Origin: Hormiphora californensis
Lineage: Eukaryota; Animalia; Ctenophora
Length of the DNA stretch: 64,000 nt
Direction of reading: 5' to 3'
Assembly (NCBI GenBank): GCA_020137815.1
Contig: CM035350.1
Span: 1,364,001-1,428,000 of the forward strand
Shown: positions 1 to 11,668 of the stretch, piece after piece
How positions within the stretch are numbered: position 1 is the first letter of the stretch
Layout: each line of letters starts with the position of its first letter
Position numbers and translations under genes: made by a program
Notes under the pieces: generated by a model
Told to the model about the DNA's origin: nothing
Seen by the model: only the letters and a program-made list of their open reading frames with translations
The model's database searches: none

Positions 1-263
1 TTCAGGTCGAGAAGGCAACTTTCACACCTCTAGTCTTCTCAACAACTGGGGTTATGGGCCCCCAAGCGGAGGTGTTCTACAAGAAGGTTGCTAAACTTTT
101 ATCAGACAAAACGGGACATACTTACAACGATGCCATCCGGTACATTCGTCTCCGTCTGTCTTTCTCGCTGCTGAAGACCATTCTCATCGCCATCAGGGGG
201 TACAGGGGCAATAAATGGACACATTTTTGTAGCAAAACAAACGATTTTCACCTTATTATCTGA
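1..263 (+). mobile_element. 3' end of a CRE-clade (RLE-type) non-LTR retrotransposon ORF, cut by the window edge
   Basis: Frame 3 reads QVEKATFTPLVFSTTGVMG...IRLRLSFSLLKTILIAIRGYR. This is homologous to, but clearly diverged from, the RLE C-terminus at 23218-26442 (EVEQGSFTPLVFSTSGG...TRFSLLRSTLVALRG). Confidence 0.85.
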
Positions 264-1118
264 TTTATTTATACTTAACTTATTACACCCGTAAGAGTAA
301 ATTTTATTTTTATATCTATTCATGTAAATAATATTGTACTGACATATTTTCTATTTGAACCGGTACCCCGGCCTTCGCAAAATTTTGTTGAAAAGCGCTG
401 CCTTATCCCTATCGGGGGCCAGCAACGTTTGCCAATCAATTTTGTCGGTCTGAACTGCCGACGGGTTAGCTGTTAGGGCTTCTCTCTAGGAAAATTATGA
501 TTATCTATCAAATGATCTTATCAATCGTCTTATCAATCGTGCATTTAGGCTTTCGCACTCACTCACTTCACAGTGGTGCTTCGTCACATTTGCCGCCTGC
601 GTAGACCGCTAAACTTCAATGCTTTCTATGCGCTAAGTAGTTGTACTCCGTATAATGACAAACAATCAATTTTAGCGGTCAATCTATGTCGTAGACCGCG
701 TTGTAGTCCCCGTCAGCCGTCATAGACCGCGTCGCAGGCTACGCTATGCAGGCTGCCCGCTGCCATTATGACGGAGCACCATGACTGTCATCACAAGACA
801 CAAGTTGTTGTGATTCACAACAAACTTTCATAAAACTTTGATAAACTTTGATAAAACTTTCACAATATTATTTAAACAGTGAACTTATTTAAAACAGAGA
901 ACTTATTTAAAACATGCTTGTTTTAAACAACTAAATTACGTACCCTGGATTAAAAACCATATGGTAAAATGTGTCATTGTTACTGAGAAATAACAAATAT
1001 ATCCACTATGTATGACGTTACTTGTCACAATGTTTGAAATCTGAAACTCTAACAACCATACCCCTATTATATATTAGATGGAGATGTAGAGAAAGAAGGG
1101 GTACATGTAATGTAAGAT

Positions 1119-4100
1119 ATGGTAAGTTACTCTATTCTATTAGTTCCCTTAGTTTCCTGCCTTTTTGTTGCCTAGCTAGACTGTGTTTCGTGCGCCCCTT
1201 TTTGTTGTGAGGAAGTTTAGTTTTCTCCTTCCGACTGGACAAAATGAGTAGACGGGGTAGAAGAACGAATGCAACAATTTCTACAATTACTGCGTTCTTC
1301 TACAATAAAACCCCCGTCTACTCATTTTGTCCAGCCGGAAGGAGAAAACTAAACTTCTTGATATAATGCGGCTAATAAACAATCGACCGATCCTTATTCT
1401 CCTTTTTGTTGTTATTCAACGTACTATTTTCTCCCAGGTTACTAGTGGTACAATTGGCGGCGATAGCAACTTCGACGCCGAGGTTGACGCTTGCAAACTC
1501 CGAATAGCCCTTAGAGAGGCAATTGGTAGGTATGGGCGGGGCTCCACATTTTTCTCATTCTCTCTTTTTTTTCTTTCTCACTCTTCCATTTTCAATTTCT
1601 CTCGCTCTCTCCGTTGTATAACTAACACCTGCCAGTTTGAATGTTACACCATTGTTTCAGAGAAGGATGTGGGTGTAGAAAATGCGCTTGCACAACTTCT
1701 CGTGACAAGGACCAACTGTCAGAGACAGGAGATCGAGGCTAAATATAAGGAATTATTTAATCTTGTAAGTAGAACGTGCACGCTTCATAATATTCTACTC
1801 TGGTCGGTTGAGAGGTATTCGCTTGTTGTCCTGACCTGAACCATATTTGGCTGACAAGAAACGTCAAGTTGTAACCTGGCCGGTATTCCTGCACTGAATC
1901 CTAAACCATATAACATTCCCTCAGGGTTTATGTGAGCATGTTGAAGAGGTTGTTCAGAAGGGAAACTTCCTCGACTCAGTTAAGGCACTCTTGTTAAAAC
2001 CACGAGTATATGATGCTGACTGCCTTCATGAAGCCATCGTTGTAAGTGTGATACTTGGAATTTAAAATCGTACTGTTTAATAATTAGGGATCCCATAAAG
2101 TAATGTCCGTGAAAGTGAATTAATACCATTTTATGTCCGATTTCAGGATGGCAATGACAGTACAATTTGTGAAATTCTTGCCACACGAACCTGTCTCGAG
2201 ATGGAGGAAATACGAGCAATTTATGAAAAAGGTTTATAATGTAACACCATTTCTTCTGTTTCTCATTATCGATTTCTCCTTTCTCTCTCTCTCTCTCTCT
2301 CTCCACTTCTCTCGTGACACAATTCATTCTGCAGAATATGAGTCAACGATTGCGAGCGATCTGGATGACTACTTGGAGTCAACTGCCTCACAGAAAGATT
2401 TTTATCTGAAGATACTGGATGTAGGTTGCAAACAGCTCCTCATGCTGCTGCGTGTATGGATATTTGACATGCTGACCCCCCACTAACCATTGCTCCATCT
2501 GCATCTCTTTTTTTCTCTGTCTCTCCCTGTCTCTGTCTCTTTTTCTCTCTCTCTCTCTCGCTCTTTCTTTTTCTCCCTGAGTTAATCTTCACAACCTATT
2601 TCTACACTTGACCGTTGACGATTTTCTATTCCGAAGAACAAAAGAGAGACAACACATCAATCACCTTCTCTTGACCACTCTCTCACACCCTCATCCCCCT
2701 CCCTCCCTCTCTCTATCACCCTCCCTTTCTCTCTAACACCCTCCCTTTCTCTCTAACACCCTCTCCTTCTCTCTACCAGTCTCCACGGAACACAACAACG
2801 AATGTTGATGGGGAAGTGACAGCAAGTGCCCTGGACACGCTCATTAAGGTTTGATTGCCAATATATATTGTACCGCGAGAGAGAGAGAGAGTCTGACAGG
2901 ATGGATAGTAGAGGTGGAAGGAATAGATAGCACCATCACACAATCCCTGTCAATAATAACAGTGCTGTGTTTTACAGGCGGAGCAGTGTTTGTGGGATAT
3001 GACCAAGTGTCCTGATGTTCTGGATATATTGGCTGGCCATAACTTCACCCAACTTAGAGCGATACTGCGGGAGTTCCAACGGGTAGGTTTATACACACTG
3101 TTCCTTGCTCGAGCCTTTATAACTTTTTAATGGAAGGGTTAAACTCATCATGTTTCTACTTGTAAACTCTAGATGAGATTCATAGAGTAAATCTGTCAGT
3201 GAGTATGGGTTGTTGCTACTCAATGGGACCTATGACGTCATTGTGTTTCAGAGGAAAGAAGGGAACATGGAGATGCTGGAGAGCTCCCTAAAGAAGCACT
3301 GTAGTGACGATGTCCTATCTATGTGTATTGTTATGTGGGGTGAGTACTACTACGGAACTCTTTTGTTATCTCTCACCCAGCATCACGTGTGTGTGTGTGG
3401 GAAGGCTGGCACAAAGATATCTATTATTCATCGCCTTCACCATTATACCAAATCGTGTACCTATTATAATCCCTCCCTCTCTCCCAGTGAAAGCAATACG
3501 AAATGTGACACAGTTGTTTAGCGAGCTTCTCTATCTCTCTGTAACTTCACTGGCTGCAGATAGTGCACGGGTTATAAGGATTGTTGTAGGACGTTCAGAG
3601 GTGAATATAAGTGTGATAAAACACGACATTTTTTGTGCTGCAGCTGCAGGATCTGGATATGTTCTGTGTGTGTCAGTACCTTATGTATACGAGTTTGTGT
3701 GTATGTCAATGCGAGTGTGTACATGCTGCATCGTATGGTCGAAAGTTAATTAGTTTGAGTTATCGGACTGCGCGCCGACTCTCATATGATGAAAGTATAG
3801 GTTGTTAGCATGGGTAGCGCGCGTTCTGTGTGTGTCTGATACCTCTGCTACCATCTCTCCACCTCTCGTAGCTGTCATCTTACGACCTGTCACAAGACGT
3901 ACCCTTCTAGTTGTCATTGACAGGCAGAGTAGAGCGTCGTCTGACAGGGTGTCTTAACTTTTAATAACTTCCTCAAATAATGATAAGTATGAGTGATGAG
4001 TCCCCCAGACTCCCAATATTAGTGATGACCCTTCACCCTGATATACGATGACCCCTGACTCGATATTATCACCCCGATATGACCCCCACTGACCCGATAT

Positions 4101-4351
4101 TATCAATATCACCCCGATATGACCCACTGACCTCCTATTATCACCCCGATATGACCCCCTGACCCAGTATTATCAATATCACCCGATATGACCCCCACTG
4201 ACCTCCTATTATCACCCCGCAGATCGATCTGACTCAGATAAAGTCTCACTACATGATGCAGTACAACAAGCAGCTTCAGTTGGCAGTTCAACAGAAATGT
4301 GGCAATGATCTCTCTTATTCCAATATAATTGCGTTGATTATCAAAAACTAG
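1119..4351 (+). CDS. Divergent annexin (four annexin repeats), multi-exon
   Basis: ATG|gtaagt at 1119. GT-AG exons encode VTSGTIGGDSNFDAEVDACKLRIAL, LLVTRTNCQRQEIEAKYKELF, KPRVYDADCLHEAI, ICEILATRTCLEMEEIRAIYEK, ILAGHNFTQLRAILREF, RVIRIVVGRSE|IDLTQIKSHY. TAG at 4349-4351. Confidence 0.85.
1210..1359. mobile_element. Hairpin MITE in annexin intron 1
   Basis: About 48-bp inverted arms: aggaagtttagttttctccttccgactggacaaaatgagtagacgggg / ccccgtctactcattttgtccagccggaaggagaaaactaaacttctt. A related copy lies at about 5190-6130. Confidence 0.75.
4020..4220. repeat. Intronic minisatellite (tattatcaccccgatatgaccccc-like units)
   Basis: Several degenerate tandem units that end at the acceptor of the last annexin exon. 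Confidence 0.8.
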
Positions 4352-4583
4352 AAAAGAAAAAAATACAAACACTCTTACACACACACACACAAACTCACGA
4401 ACACAAACTCACATACAATTTCTTCTTATTAATGACGCTTGCACATGTAAATATATAAAATGTTTACCCCACCTTAAAAAGCTGTTTTGCTCTCATGTGT
4501 CTATTATTTATTTTCAATAACCAGTCCAGCTGGTATCACTGATACTATCAGAGGTTGGGGTGGTGATGATGGGATGTCGCTAA

Positions 4584-7047
4584 TTAAAAGCTGCCGGGTG
4601 CTCCCGGGCTTTCTGCATTCCTACAGGTGATGAGGACGAGACCAATGAGAGCGACAAGGGCTAGAGCCAAACCAACTCCAGCGAGGGCGTAAGGTCCTGA
4701 AAAGAGGGGTGCATTAGAAAACAGGTACTGAATGATTTATATTGAACCATCTCTCCCCTCTATCTCCCCCTCCACCCTTTATATTATTACCTGTAAGGCT
4801 AACTGGTGTTGGTTCAGGTGTTTTGGGGCACTTAGGAGCGGTGAGACCGGACTGATCAATCTGCAAGGGGACGTGTAAAGATCAACAGAGGGTAAGTTTG
4901 TTGTTGGTTGTTTTCTCTTTCGAGTAGTCTCTGTTATGTTGGTTTGTTTGTCTGTCGTCTACTCTTTTGCCAAATATTCAACTCGTCAGTTTGTCTGTCG
5001 CCTCTTACCTGTCCCTTGAAGCACATATCAGTATCATCGCTAGTCGTTGTCTCTTCACACAGATTTTCGAACTGCAGAAGAAGGGGGTATAGAAGCATAG
5101 GTCTATAATACCCAGAAATAGAATTAGCTGTCAGTAGAAACACGGAATAATGAATGGGCACACAGATAACTATGATATAGCTTGTGCTGATGAGGAAGTT
5201 TAGTCTACTGGGGGGGGGGGGACATGTTAATTGTTAATAAATCACCTCTTTTTTCGATTTTGTTAATTAACGTTAATTAACAAAATTAACAAAATTAACA
5301 AATGCTAAAAGACTGTTCTTATTGGTTAATAATACGACTTTAACTGGTTTAATTTTATAGTTTAATGAATTATCTAACACATATTATATACCCAAACAAG
5401 GCCTTTTCCGATAACCAAAGTCCGACATACAGGTTTTTTGGCTCAAAATCGATAAAATTCCAAAAGTTATAAATATTTCAATTTAGCGTATAAAATCTCA
5501 CTTTAACGTAATTTTCAAATTGGTAATCGATTCTTTGGACGTAATAAGATGATGTATGTACATCGTTTCTGTTGAAAAAAGAAATAAAATTTTCCCAAAA
5601 TCAATTTTTTGGTCAAGGATTGAAAATTTGCTTCGCTACAAATCCTTATGTTTTTTTAGAAAAATTGATTTTTGGGATATTTTTCGTTTTAAGGTAAATT
5701 CATGAGTCTTATTTAGTTTTTAGGGTGCGAAAATGTGGATTATTGTCATTTGACTTCAATTGCGGTTTAGTTTGGCTAGTATTTATTAACATTTACAAAA
5801 TGGAATAAATCACTGTAGAAAAGCCGTAATAGAGGTAGTAGGGGTATGTAAATCGTACAGAATGAACAACTTTGCTCGCAGAACAAGTGTTAAATACTAA
5901 AAATACGTGCTAAAGGGGATTTAGATGACATAAATGGCATTTGTTAACGTTTGTTAACCTTTTGTTAATTTGTTAATAAATCACCTAATTTCTCGATGTT
6001 AATATTAACAAAGTTAACAAAATTAACATGTCCCCCCCCCCCAGTCTACTCATTTCGTACAGCCGGAAGGAGAAAACAAAACTTACTCATTGATATGCGG
6101 CTAATAAACAATCAACCGATCCTTATTCTCTGTCAGCTTGGGCTGATAAAAAGTATAACAAACCTCATCCTCAAGATGCCAGTACTTTTTGAAGTTGATA
6201 CACCCATCAAATAGTTCCTTGCAGTACCCCTTACAGAATATATCTGATCGTGTAGACACGGAGGCATTTACACAATCCCCATCCTCGGGCAAACTGTAGT
6301 ACACACAAGCTGGATGGGAGAGAGGAAGTTTGTCATGACATGCTGAGTAGCACACATGCTGGGAAGAGAGGAAGTATGTGTGTCAGACAGTGAACATGAC
6401 ATGTTGAGTAGTAAGATTCAGGTATCGGGTTCGGGACACCCCCTCTCTCGCTCCGGGCATCACTGACTCTGACTCTAGCTCTCTCCCGGTGAGAATGAAC
6501 CCAATTTCACACACACGTACCAGCGGCTGCTAGGTTATCAAAGTTGCAAGTTGGCAGCCACAGCTCCTCATCCCCCATGTAGGCTTCTACAACACCAACT
6601 GCCTCCCAGCCATATCCGAGCATGTCAGACAAAAGGGCGCTAGCGTCCCTCAACTTGCAATCCTGGGGTAGTTGTGTTAGACGGTTATTGAAGGTATATC
6701 ATGCAATTCTAGTCATTCCATTTCATTCAGAAGAGAACTCTAACAATTACTTACGGATGTGCTCTTCAGGAGTTTTCCGATCTCGGCATCTTTATCACTG
6801 TCACAAACTAGGGAGCTATTCAGAAATGCATTGTATTTGGTTCCATTGGTCAGGCTACTGCACGTAGTATAACCTGAGGATATAAATTAATCACCATTTC
6901 AAACAACACCAGCTAAACTATTTCACAAACACAATAATCATGGAATGTTAGGAGGTTTAGAACTAACTCGGGCAGGTAGATGTGCAAGGTTTTATCATCA
7001 GCGAGAGTGGTACCAAAGAGACACGCAACCAACAGTACAAGAAACAT
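4584..7047 (-). CDS. Signal-peptide, Cys-rich (frizzled/folate-receptor-like CRD) single-pass membrane protein, about 7 exons
   Basis: Signal MFLVLLVACLFGTTLA. Exons encode YTTCSSL..., DCKLRDAS...PTCNFDNLAAA, CVYYSLPEDGDC...FCKGYCKELFDGC, FENLC...DMCF, KCPKTPEPTP, then TM YALAGVGLALALVALIGLVLITC and TAA. The model needs one extra base removed from a homopolymer near 6990. Confidence 0.65.
5208..6044. mobile_element. Non-autonomous DNA transposon nested in a MITE
   Basis: TIRs ctg(G)nacatgttaatt / aattaacatgt(C)ncag, flanking TCTA duplication (5204-5207, 6045-6048), and subterminal ttaacaa repeats. Confidence 0.8.
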
Positions 7048-7146
7048 TTTGAGCTATTAGTAGGAAGTAGAGTTAGCATATCATCATATTACACATATTT
7101 ACACAAGGATGGCCAACTCAAAAGTCGAAATGATGGAATTAAAATG

Positions 7147-9009
7147 TTAAAAATTCAATGATTCATCAATGGTAGAGCTTCCCAGACGGGGTTTTTTAAC
7201 AAAAGACACAGTTAGTTTGGAAGGTACTCTATCAATTTCCAGCAGACAGAGAGTGTTTGGTTTGTTTTGGTTGAAGTAGACCCCAGGAGCGTATAGGGTG
7301 ACTTGAGGGCCGGCTTCTGGCCAATACCGACCTAGATTGAACCCGTTCAGAATTACAAAGCCATGACCCCAGCCGCTGGGGTCAAAGAAAGTGTCCAGGA
7401 ATTTCGTAGGACCTTGAAACTGTCCACAAAACAAGGCCGGCAGTAGAGTTTGGAGCTGGTCTTCAGATTTATTTTGAGAAAATATCTCCTTACCATTTGG
7501 GTCAAGCACCCAAACATAGGCATATTGCACGGGCTGTCCATTTACCAGGATCTTCTGAGTGATTCCCTTGTAGTCAGATCCCATGTATCGGCCATGATTT
7601 ACCCTTCCCAGACTCTCCACCAGCACCCTAATCTCAGCGGCTGGCCGGCTGCCAAGATCGATCGTACCGTTAGCCTGGTTCCTTCTATCAATAGTGCCCA
7701 CAGGGTAGCCATCCAGGAAGATGGTTGCCCGGTCGTGTACGTTGTACAGGGAGATGTTGTGTAGAACCACCTCAGACATTTTAGGTAGTACATACCAAAT
7801 AAACCCACCAGACACGCCAAACAGTTCCATAGTCACTGGGAGGTTGATGGGGCCCTTTTTATCCCCCATCTCCCACAAACTACCAACCCTCTCCAGTCCA
7901 ACCCCTGATTTCCCCCACTTTACTGAGTGAGGGGGCACTGGTCCGGGCGGTAGGGTCCTGTACTTTTGGATGACCTTTCTAATGGCCCAATATTTAGGAG
8001 TTGTGTCCCCGGCCTCTGTAAGAACTGCGTCGTAGTCGTATGAAGTGACGTAACTAAAATAGTCGAAACTATCATGGTCCATGGCACCGTTAGTGTGGCC
8101 AAAGTTGGTACCTCCCTCAAACATATACAAGTTTACACTGGCATTGAGAGCTAACATTTCGTCAAGGCGGGAAGCAACTGCCGATGCACTGACATTGGCG
8201 TGTTTTTCATCTCCCCACTGATCAAACCAGCCAGTCCAGAATTCTGCATTGATGAGGGGTCCGTGGGGCTGGTACTTTCGTAGCATCTCGAATTGGTGGT
8301 GGGGAATCTTATCTGGACCAAAGTCTAGCGCCTTCAGCATCCCTGGCAAATTGCCACATTCCAGTCTAACCACGTTTTTGTTGTCCAGAGTGTAGTAAAT
8401 GACATCTGGTCCTAGGTACTTCTGGTTTTCGTCCAACAAGAACTGTAGGTATTTCTTGTCACAGTTTCCTATTCCGGATATTCCATATTCGTTCTCGATT
8501 TGAACGGCGATGATGGGGCCTCCATTACGATAGAGAAAGGGTTCCACCATGGGTAGAAGGACGCTAAACCATTTGGTGATGGCATCCACATAAGGCTTGT
8601 TGTAAACTCTGAACTCAATGTTGGGCTTGTTAAGAAGCCAATAGGGAAGCCCTCCAAACTCCCACTCTGCACAGATGTACGGACCGGGTCGTAGGACCAC
8701 GTTAAAACCCATCTGGTGAGCGAGGGTGAGGTAACTGACAAGGTCAGCCCCGCCCTCAAAGTTGTAGACGTCTTCCTGGGGCTGGTGAACGTTCCACGCC
8801 ACATACGTCTGGAGGGTGTCCAGACCAGCCAGTCTCATCTTGTTGAGTCTGTCAGCCCAATACTGAGGTGGAACTCTAAAGTAGTGCATTCCTCCCGAGA
8901 TGTATCTGTAGGGTTGACCGTCCTTCAGGAATCTATCATTCTCCCAGTCCACCGTTATGTTACCCCCACTCACAGAGCCCACCAGCATCGCCAACAGGAG
9001 TAAAATCAT
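7147..9009 (-). CDS. GLB1: Intronless GH35 beta-galactosidase (GLB1-like), secreted or lysosomal
   Basis: 620-aa ORF with signal peptide and the motifs YISGGMHYFRVP, LRPGPYICAEWEFGG, IIAVQIENEY (acid/base Glu), NAEFWTGW (nucleophile Glu), TSYDYDA and NLGRYW. Confidence 0.95.
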   Translation of the reverse strand: MILLLLAMLVGSVSGGNITVDWENDRFLKDGQPYRYISGGMHYFRVPPQYWADRLNKMRLAGLDTLQTYVAWNVHQPQEDVYNFEGGADLVSYLTLAHQMGFNVVLRPGPYICAEWEFGGLPYWLLNKPNIEFRVYNKPYVDAITKWFSVLLPMVEPFLYRNGGPIIAVQIENEYGISGIGNCDKKYLQFLLDENQKYLGPDVIYYTLDNKNVVRLECGNLPGMLKALDFGPDKIPHHQFEMLRKYQPHGPLINAEFWTGWFDQWGDEKHANVSASAVASRLDEMLALNASVNLYMFEGGTNFGHTNGAMDHDSFDYFSYVTSYDYDAVLTEAGDTTPKYWAIRKVIQKYRTLPPGPVPPHSVKWGKSGVGLERVGSLWEMGDKKGPINLPVTMELFGVSGGFIWYVLPKMSEVVLHNISLYNVHDRATIFLDGYPVGTIDRRNQANGTIDLGSRPAAEIRVLVESLGRVNHGRYMGSDYKGITQKILVNGQPVQYAYVWVLDPNGKEIFSQNKSEDQLQTLLPALFCGQFQGPTKFLDTFFDPSGWGHGFVILNGFNLGRYWPEAGPQVTLYAPGVYFNQNKPNTLCLLEIDRVPSKLTVSFVKKPRLGSSTIDESLNF

Positions 9010-9152
9010 TGCAACTTGTGTAACTACAGTAGGGTGTTAGATTTAACTGAGATTAAATAATGGCCAAACTTCATGCAGGGACAATTCACATGCTCGCCTA
9101 AAAGTTAAAATAGGGAACCTCGAATGACAAACGCCAAAAATGTAACCATTTT

Positions 9153-11025
9153 CTAAAAGTCAAAATTGTTCACTGTGTTTCCCTGGCCTAAATTGGACTT
9201 CCCTACAAAAGACACAGTTAGTTTAGAAGGTACTCTATCAATTTCCAGCAGACAGAGAGTGTTTGGATTGTTTTGGTATAAGTAGACTCCAGGAGCGTAT
9301 AGGGTGACTTGAGGGCCGGCTTCTGGCCAATACCGACCTAGATTAAACCCATTCAGAATAACGAAGCCATGACCCCAGCCGCTAGGGTCAAAGAAAGTGT
9401 CCATGGATTTCGTAGGACCTTTAAACTGTCCACAAAACAAGGCCGGTACTATTACAGGGGGCTGTTTTTCAAACTTATTTTGAGAAAACCTCTCCTTTCT
9501 AGTTGGGTCAAGCACCCATACCTGGGCATAGTGAATGCGCTGACCATTCACCAGGATCTTCTGAGTGATTCCCTTGTAGTCGGATCCCATGTATCGACCA
9601 TGATTTACCCTCCCCAGACTCTCCACCAGCACCCTAATCTCAGCAGCTGGCCCGCTGCCAAGATCGATCGTACCATTAGCCTGGTTCCTTCTATCAATAG
9701 TGCCCACAGGGTATCCATCCAGGAAGATGGTTGCCCGGTCGTGTACGTCATACAGGGAGATGTTGTGTATGGGCATCCCAGTCCATGGTATAACATACCA
9801 AATAAACCCACCAGACACCCCTAACGGTTCCATAGTCACTGGGAGGCTCATGTAGCCCTGTTATCCCCCATCTCCCACAAACTACCAACCCTCTCCAGTT
9901 TAACCCCTGATTTCCCCCACTTTACTGAGTGAGAGGGTACTGGTCCGGGCGGTAGGGTCCTGTACTTTTTGATGACCTTTCTAATGGCCCAATATTTAAG
10001 GAGTCGTGTCCCCGGCCTCTGTAAGAACTGCATCGTAGTCGTATGAAGTGACCCTAGTAGTTGTAAACATAGCCATCTTTACTCATGGCACCGTTAGTGT
10101 GACCAAAGTTGGTACCTCCCTCAAACATATACAAGTTTACACTGGCATTGAGAGCTAACATTTCGTCAAGGCGGGACGCCACGGCCGATGCACTGACATT
10201 GGCGTGTTTTTCATCTCCCCATTTGTCAAACCAGCCAGTCCAGAACTCGGCATTGATGAGGGGTCCGTGGGGCTGGTACTTTCGTAGCATCTGGAATTGG
10301 TAGTAGGGGAATCTTATCCGGACCAAAGTCTAGCGCCTTCAGCATCCCTGGCAAAGTTGCCACATTCCAGTCTAACCACGTTTTTATTGTCCAGGGTGTA
10401 GTAAATGACATCTGGTCCTAGGTATTTCTGGTTTTCGTCCAACAAGAACTGCAGGTATTTCTTGTCACAGACATCAGTCCCAAACCCGGCGTACTTCGTT
10501 CTCGATTTGAACGGCGATGATAGGGCCTCCATTACGATAGAGAAAGGGTTCCACCATGGGTAGAAGGACGCTAAACCATTTGGTGATGGCATCCACATAA
10601 GGCTTGTTGTAAACTCTGAACTCAATGTTGGGCTTGTTAAGAAGCCAATAGGGAAGCCCTCCAAACTCCCACTCTGCACAGATGTACGGACCCGGTCGTA
10701 GGACCACGTTAAAACCCATCTGGTGAGCGAGGGTGAGATAACTGACAAGGTCAGCCCCGCCCTCAAAGTTGTAGACGCCTTCCTGGGGCTGGTGAACGTT
10801 CCACGCCACATACGTCTGGAGAGTGTCCATACCAGCCAGTCTCATCTTGTTGAGTCTGTCAGCCCAATACTGGGGTGGAACTCTAAAGTAGTGCATTCCT
10901 CCCGAGATGTATCTGTAGGGTTGACCGTCCTTCAGGAATCTATCATTCTCCCAGTCCACCGTTATGTTACCCCCACTCACAAAGCCCGCCAGCAAGAGAA
11001 GAAAGGTAAGGCCTAGTCGTGACAT
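9153..11025 (-). pseudogene. Second tandem intronless GH35 beta-galactosidase, frameshifted (pseudogene or consensus errors)
   Basis: MSRLGLTFLLLLAGFVSGGNITVD start at 11025. Colinear with 7147-9009, but split by several 1-bp indels between about 9850 and 10500. Confidence 0.8.
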
Positions 11026-11182
11026 GGCTGCATGAAATAGACAAATGAGTAGAATAGGGAAGGGAACGTGTGGTGGTATCGCAGAAAAACAGGGCAATGT
11101 ACAAAGGGAAGATGAATGGAGGCAAATCAGAGAATACACTACGCTGAACAAACAGAAGCAAACAGAAGCTGCACTGCCAGAC

Positions 11183-11186
<4 letters not shown>

Positions 11187-11254
<68 letters not shown>
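11187..11254. repeat. (GA)n microsatellite
   Basis: Pure GA run. Confidence 0.95.
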
Positions 11255-11258
<4 letters not shown>

Positions 11259-11668
11259 AGCGATACAATTACATGGAGTTGTAGCGCTATCTGCACGAGT
11301 TGTAACTCAATTTACCCCTCCCCTCACCTGATACCTGTATTCTGATGGACCCTATTGGCTAGCAAGCATGTCTCGTGACCCTGCCATGCCTGCTTGGACC
11401 CTTATCAACAATGAACAACTTGGTCACCAAGGCATTTTATCGAAGCAGGTTTCAAATTACACACACCTCTCCCCTCCCCTCCATCAGTCCTGTAGCCAAA
11501 ACCGAATAACTTTTGTGAACAAATCGACAGGTTTCTAAGACATCTTTAAAAAACAAACAAACAAAATAAAACGCTCTTGGTTTATTAATTTGCAATGTGT
11601 GTGTCATGGTACATTATACAATCGTATACAAGTGTCTCTCTGTGTGTCTCTCTCGATCCATGGATCTC

